This document shows positions 63,012 to 64,000 of a stretch of 64,000 nt of DNA, one piece after another. Under the pieces are notes generated by a model. That model saw only the letters and a list, made by a program, of their open reading frames with translations. It did not search any database and was not told the origin of the DNA. Origin of the DNA: a virus; the IMG/VR virus record IMGVR_UViG_3300034523_000174, positions 1 to 64,000 of that record. The stretch is one strand, 5' to 3'. The stretch's first letter is position 1. Each line of letters opens with the position of its first letter. Made by a program: the position numbers and the translations under genes.

Positions 63012-63015
63012 GGAT
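63004..63015 (+). promoter_or_regulatory. operator ATGTATAGGGAT
   Basis: Exact copy; a degenerate reverse copy lies at 63283-63294. Confidence 0.55.
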
Positions 63016-63401
63016 CTGGCAATGTTAGACGGCCAGCATTCAGCTATGTTATACAGCACGCCGATTTGAGGCCACTGGCCTAGTCCCACTAAATAGGAGA
63101 CGAAAAAAAAGAACCCGCCCCGACCAAGGTTATAGGTTCTTTTCGACGTAACGAGTGAAAACATTACACGATCAATCCGTAAGCTCTCCTTGCTTACCCC
63201 GTGCTATCGGAAGATGGCGCCAGGGGGATCTACTTTGTTGACGCCCCGAGTATACCACAGGCTCGGGATCTGCAAACTTTCCCACCCTATACAAGAAACC
63301 TCTAACGGCGTTTCGCTGAGCCGGCCTATTGGCTGTGATCCTCAGCGCCCGTTTGTGTCCGTCACTTTTGCCATCAGCATCCAATCATTAGGGGGTGCTC
63401 G

Positions 63402-64000
63402 ATGAGCATCATTCGCGCCGCACGAAAATCCCAGTTCTACAGTCTGCCTACTGCCACCATCGACGACGACCGACTGTCATGGGAGGCGCGCGGCCTGCTG
63501 GTCTACCTGCTGAGCAAGCCAGACCATTGGAAGGTGCAGGTTAAAGACCTAATGAATCGCACCAAGAACGCCATAGGCCGGTCAGCGGGCCGTGACAAGG
63601 TGTACACCATCATCAACGAGCTGCGCGCTGCCGGTTATCTCGTTCGATTCTTCAAGCGTGAGGATGGGGACTTCTCCGGTGTTGAGTACGAAATATTTGA
63701 TACCCCCGATCTAGAGGCTGGCGCCGAGTATCTTCGGAGCTTGGAAAATAAGGGAAAGCGACCGTTTCCGGCTAAGACGGAAACGGTAGATTCGTGTGAG
63801 GCTGAGGCGTCAGCGCCGGAAGCGTTTACGCCTAAGCCCGAAACATTAGATAAGACTGAAAGAGCAACTAAGATTGAAAAAGCAGTAAAACCTATCACCG
63901 ACCCCATGGCTGAGAAATCGAGTCAGGATCAGGGCGCCGATATCGACTCAACGCTACCCGTTGATTACCCAAGCGAATACCCAAGCAACCCGGCCAGCTC
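63402..64000 (+). CDS. phage replication initiator (winged HTH), 3'-truncated; not in ORF track
   Basis: MSIIRAARKSQFYSLP...D.RLSWEARGLLVYLLSKPDHW...GRDKVY.IINEL..AGY; frame is open to the window end. Confidence 0.8.
   Translation, partial: MSIIRAARKSQFYSLPTATIDDDRLSWEARGLLVYLLSKPDHWKVQVKDLMNRTKNAIGRSAGRDKVYTIINELRAAGYLVRFFKREDGDFSGVEYEIFDTPDLEAGAEYLRSLENKGKRPFPAKTETVDSCEAEASAPEAFTPKPETLDKTERATKIEKAVKPITDPMAEKSSQDQGADIDSTLPVDYPSEYPSNPAS

Overview
The whole window is part of a P1-like (Punavirus-type) myovirus phage-plasmid. The host is probably Pseudomonas, judged from the SSB, RdgC and AlgR-like sequences and roughly 60% GC; no host chromosomal genes are visible. Virion genes: split terminase genes, portal, prohead protease, capsid, sheath, tube, baseplate, tape measure with a GH19 domain, tail fibre and lysis genes. 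Maintenance genes: a plasmid replicon (RepA, iterons, DnaA box), type Ib ParA plus an RHH protein, a tyrosine integrase and a probable lytic replication initiator. There is also a cluster of Dar-like polyvalent anti-restriction proteins. Reading the sequence directly shows several layers that ORF calling misses: (1) a ~500 nt, G.U-rich, multi-helix non-coding element just before the small terminase gene; (2) a 13-copy late-promoter motif, YGCAAASC-N28-NANNNT, often enclosing a terminator-like hairpin; (3) a recurring (M/L)LD(S/A/G) putative maturation-protease site across head and cargo proteins; (4) a shared N-terminal putative capsid-loading signal on two cargo proteins; (5) a 12-bp asymmetric operator; (6) dispersed 8-bp-phased parS-like arrays; (7) a stand-alone AlgR-like LytTR protein. 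P1 orthology calls rest on recalled motifs, size and synteny, not on database searches.
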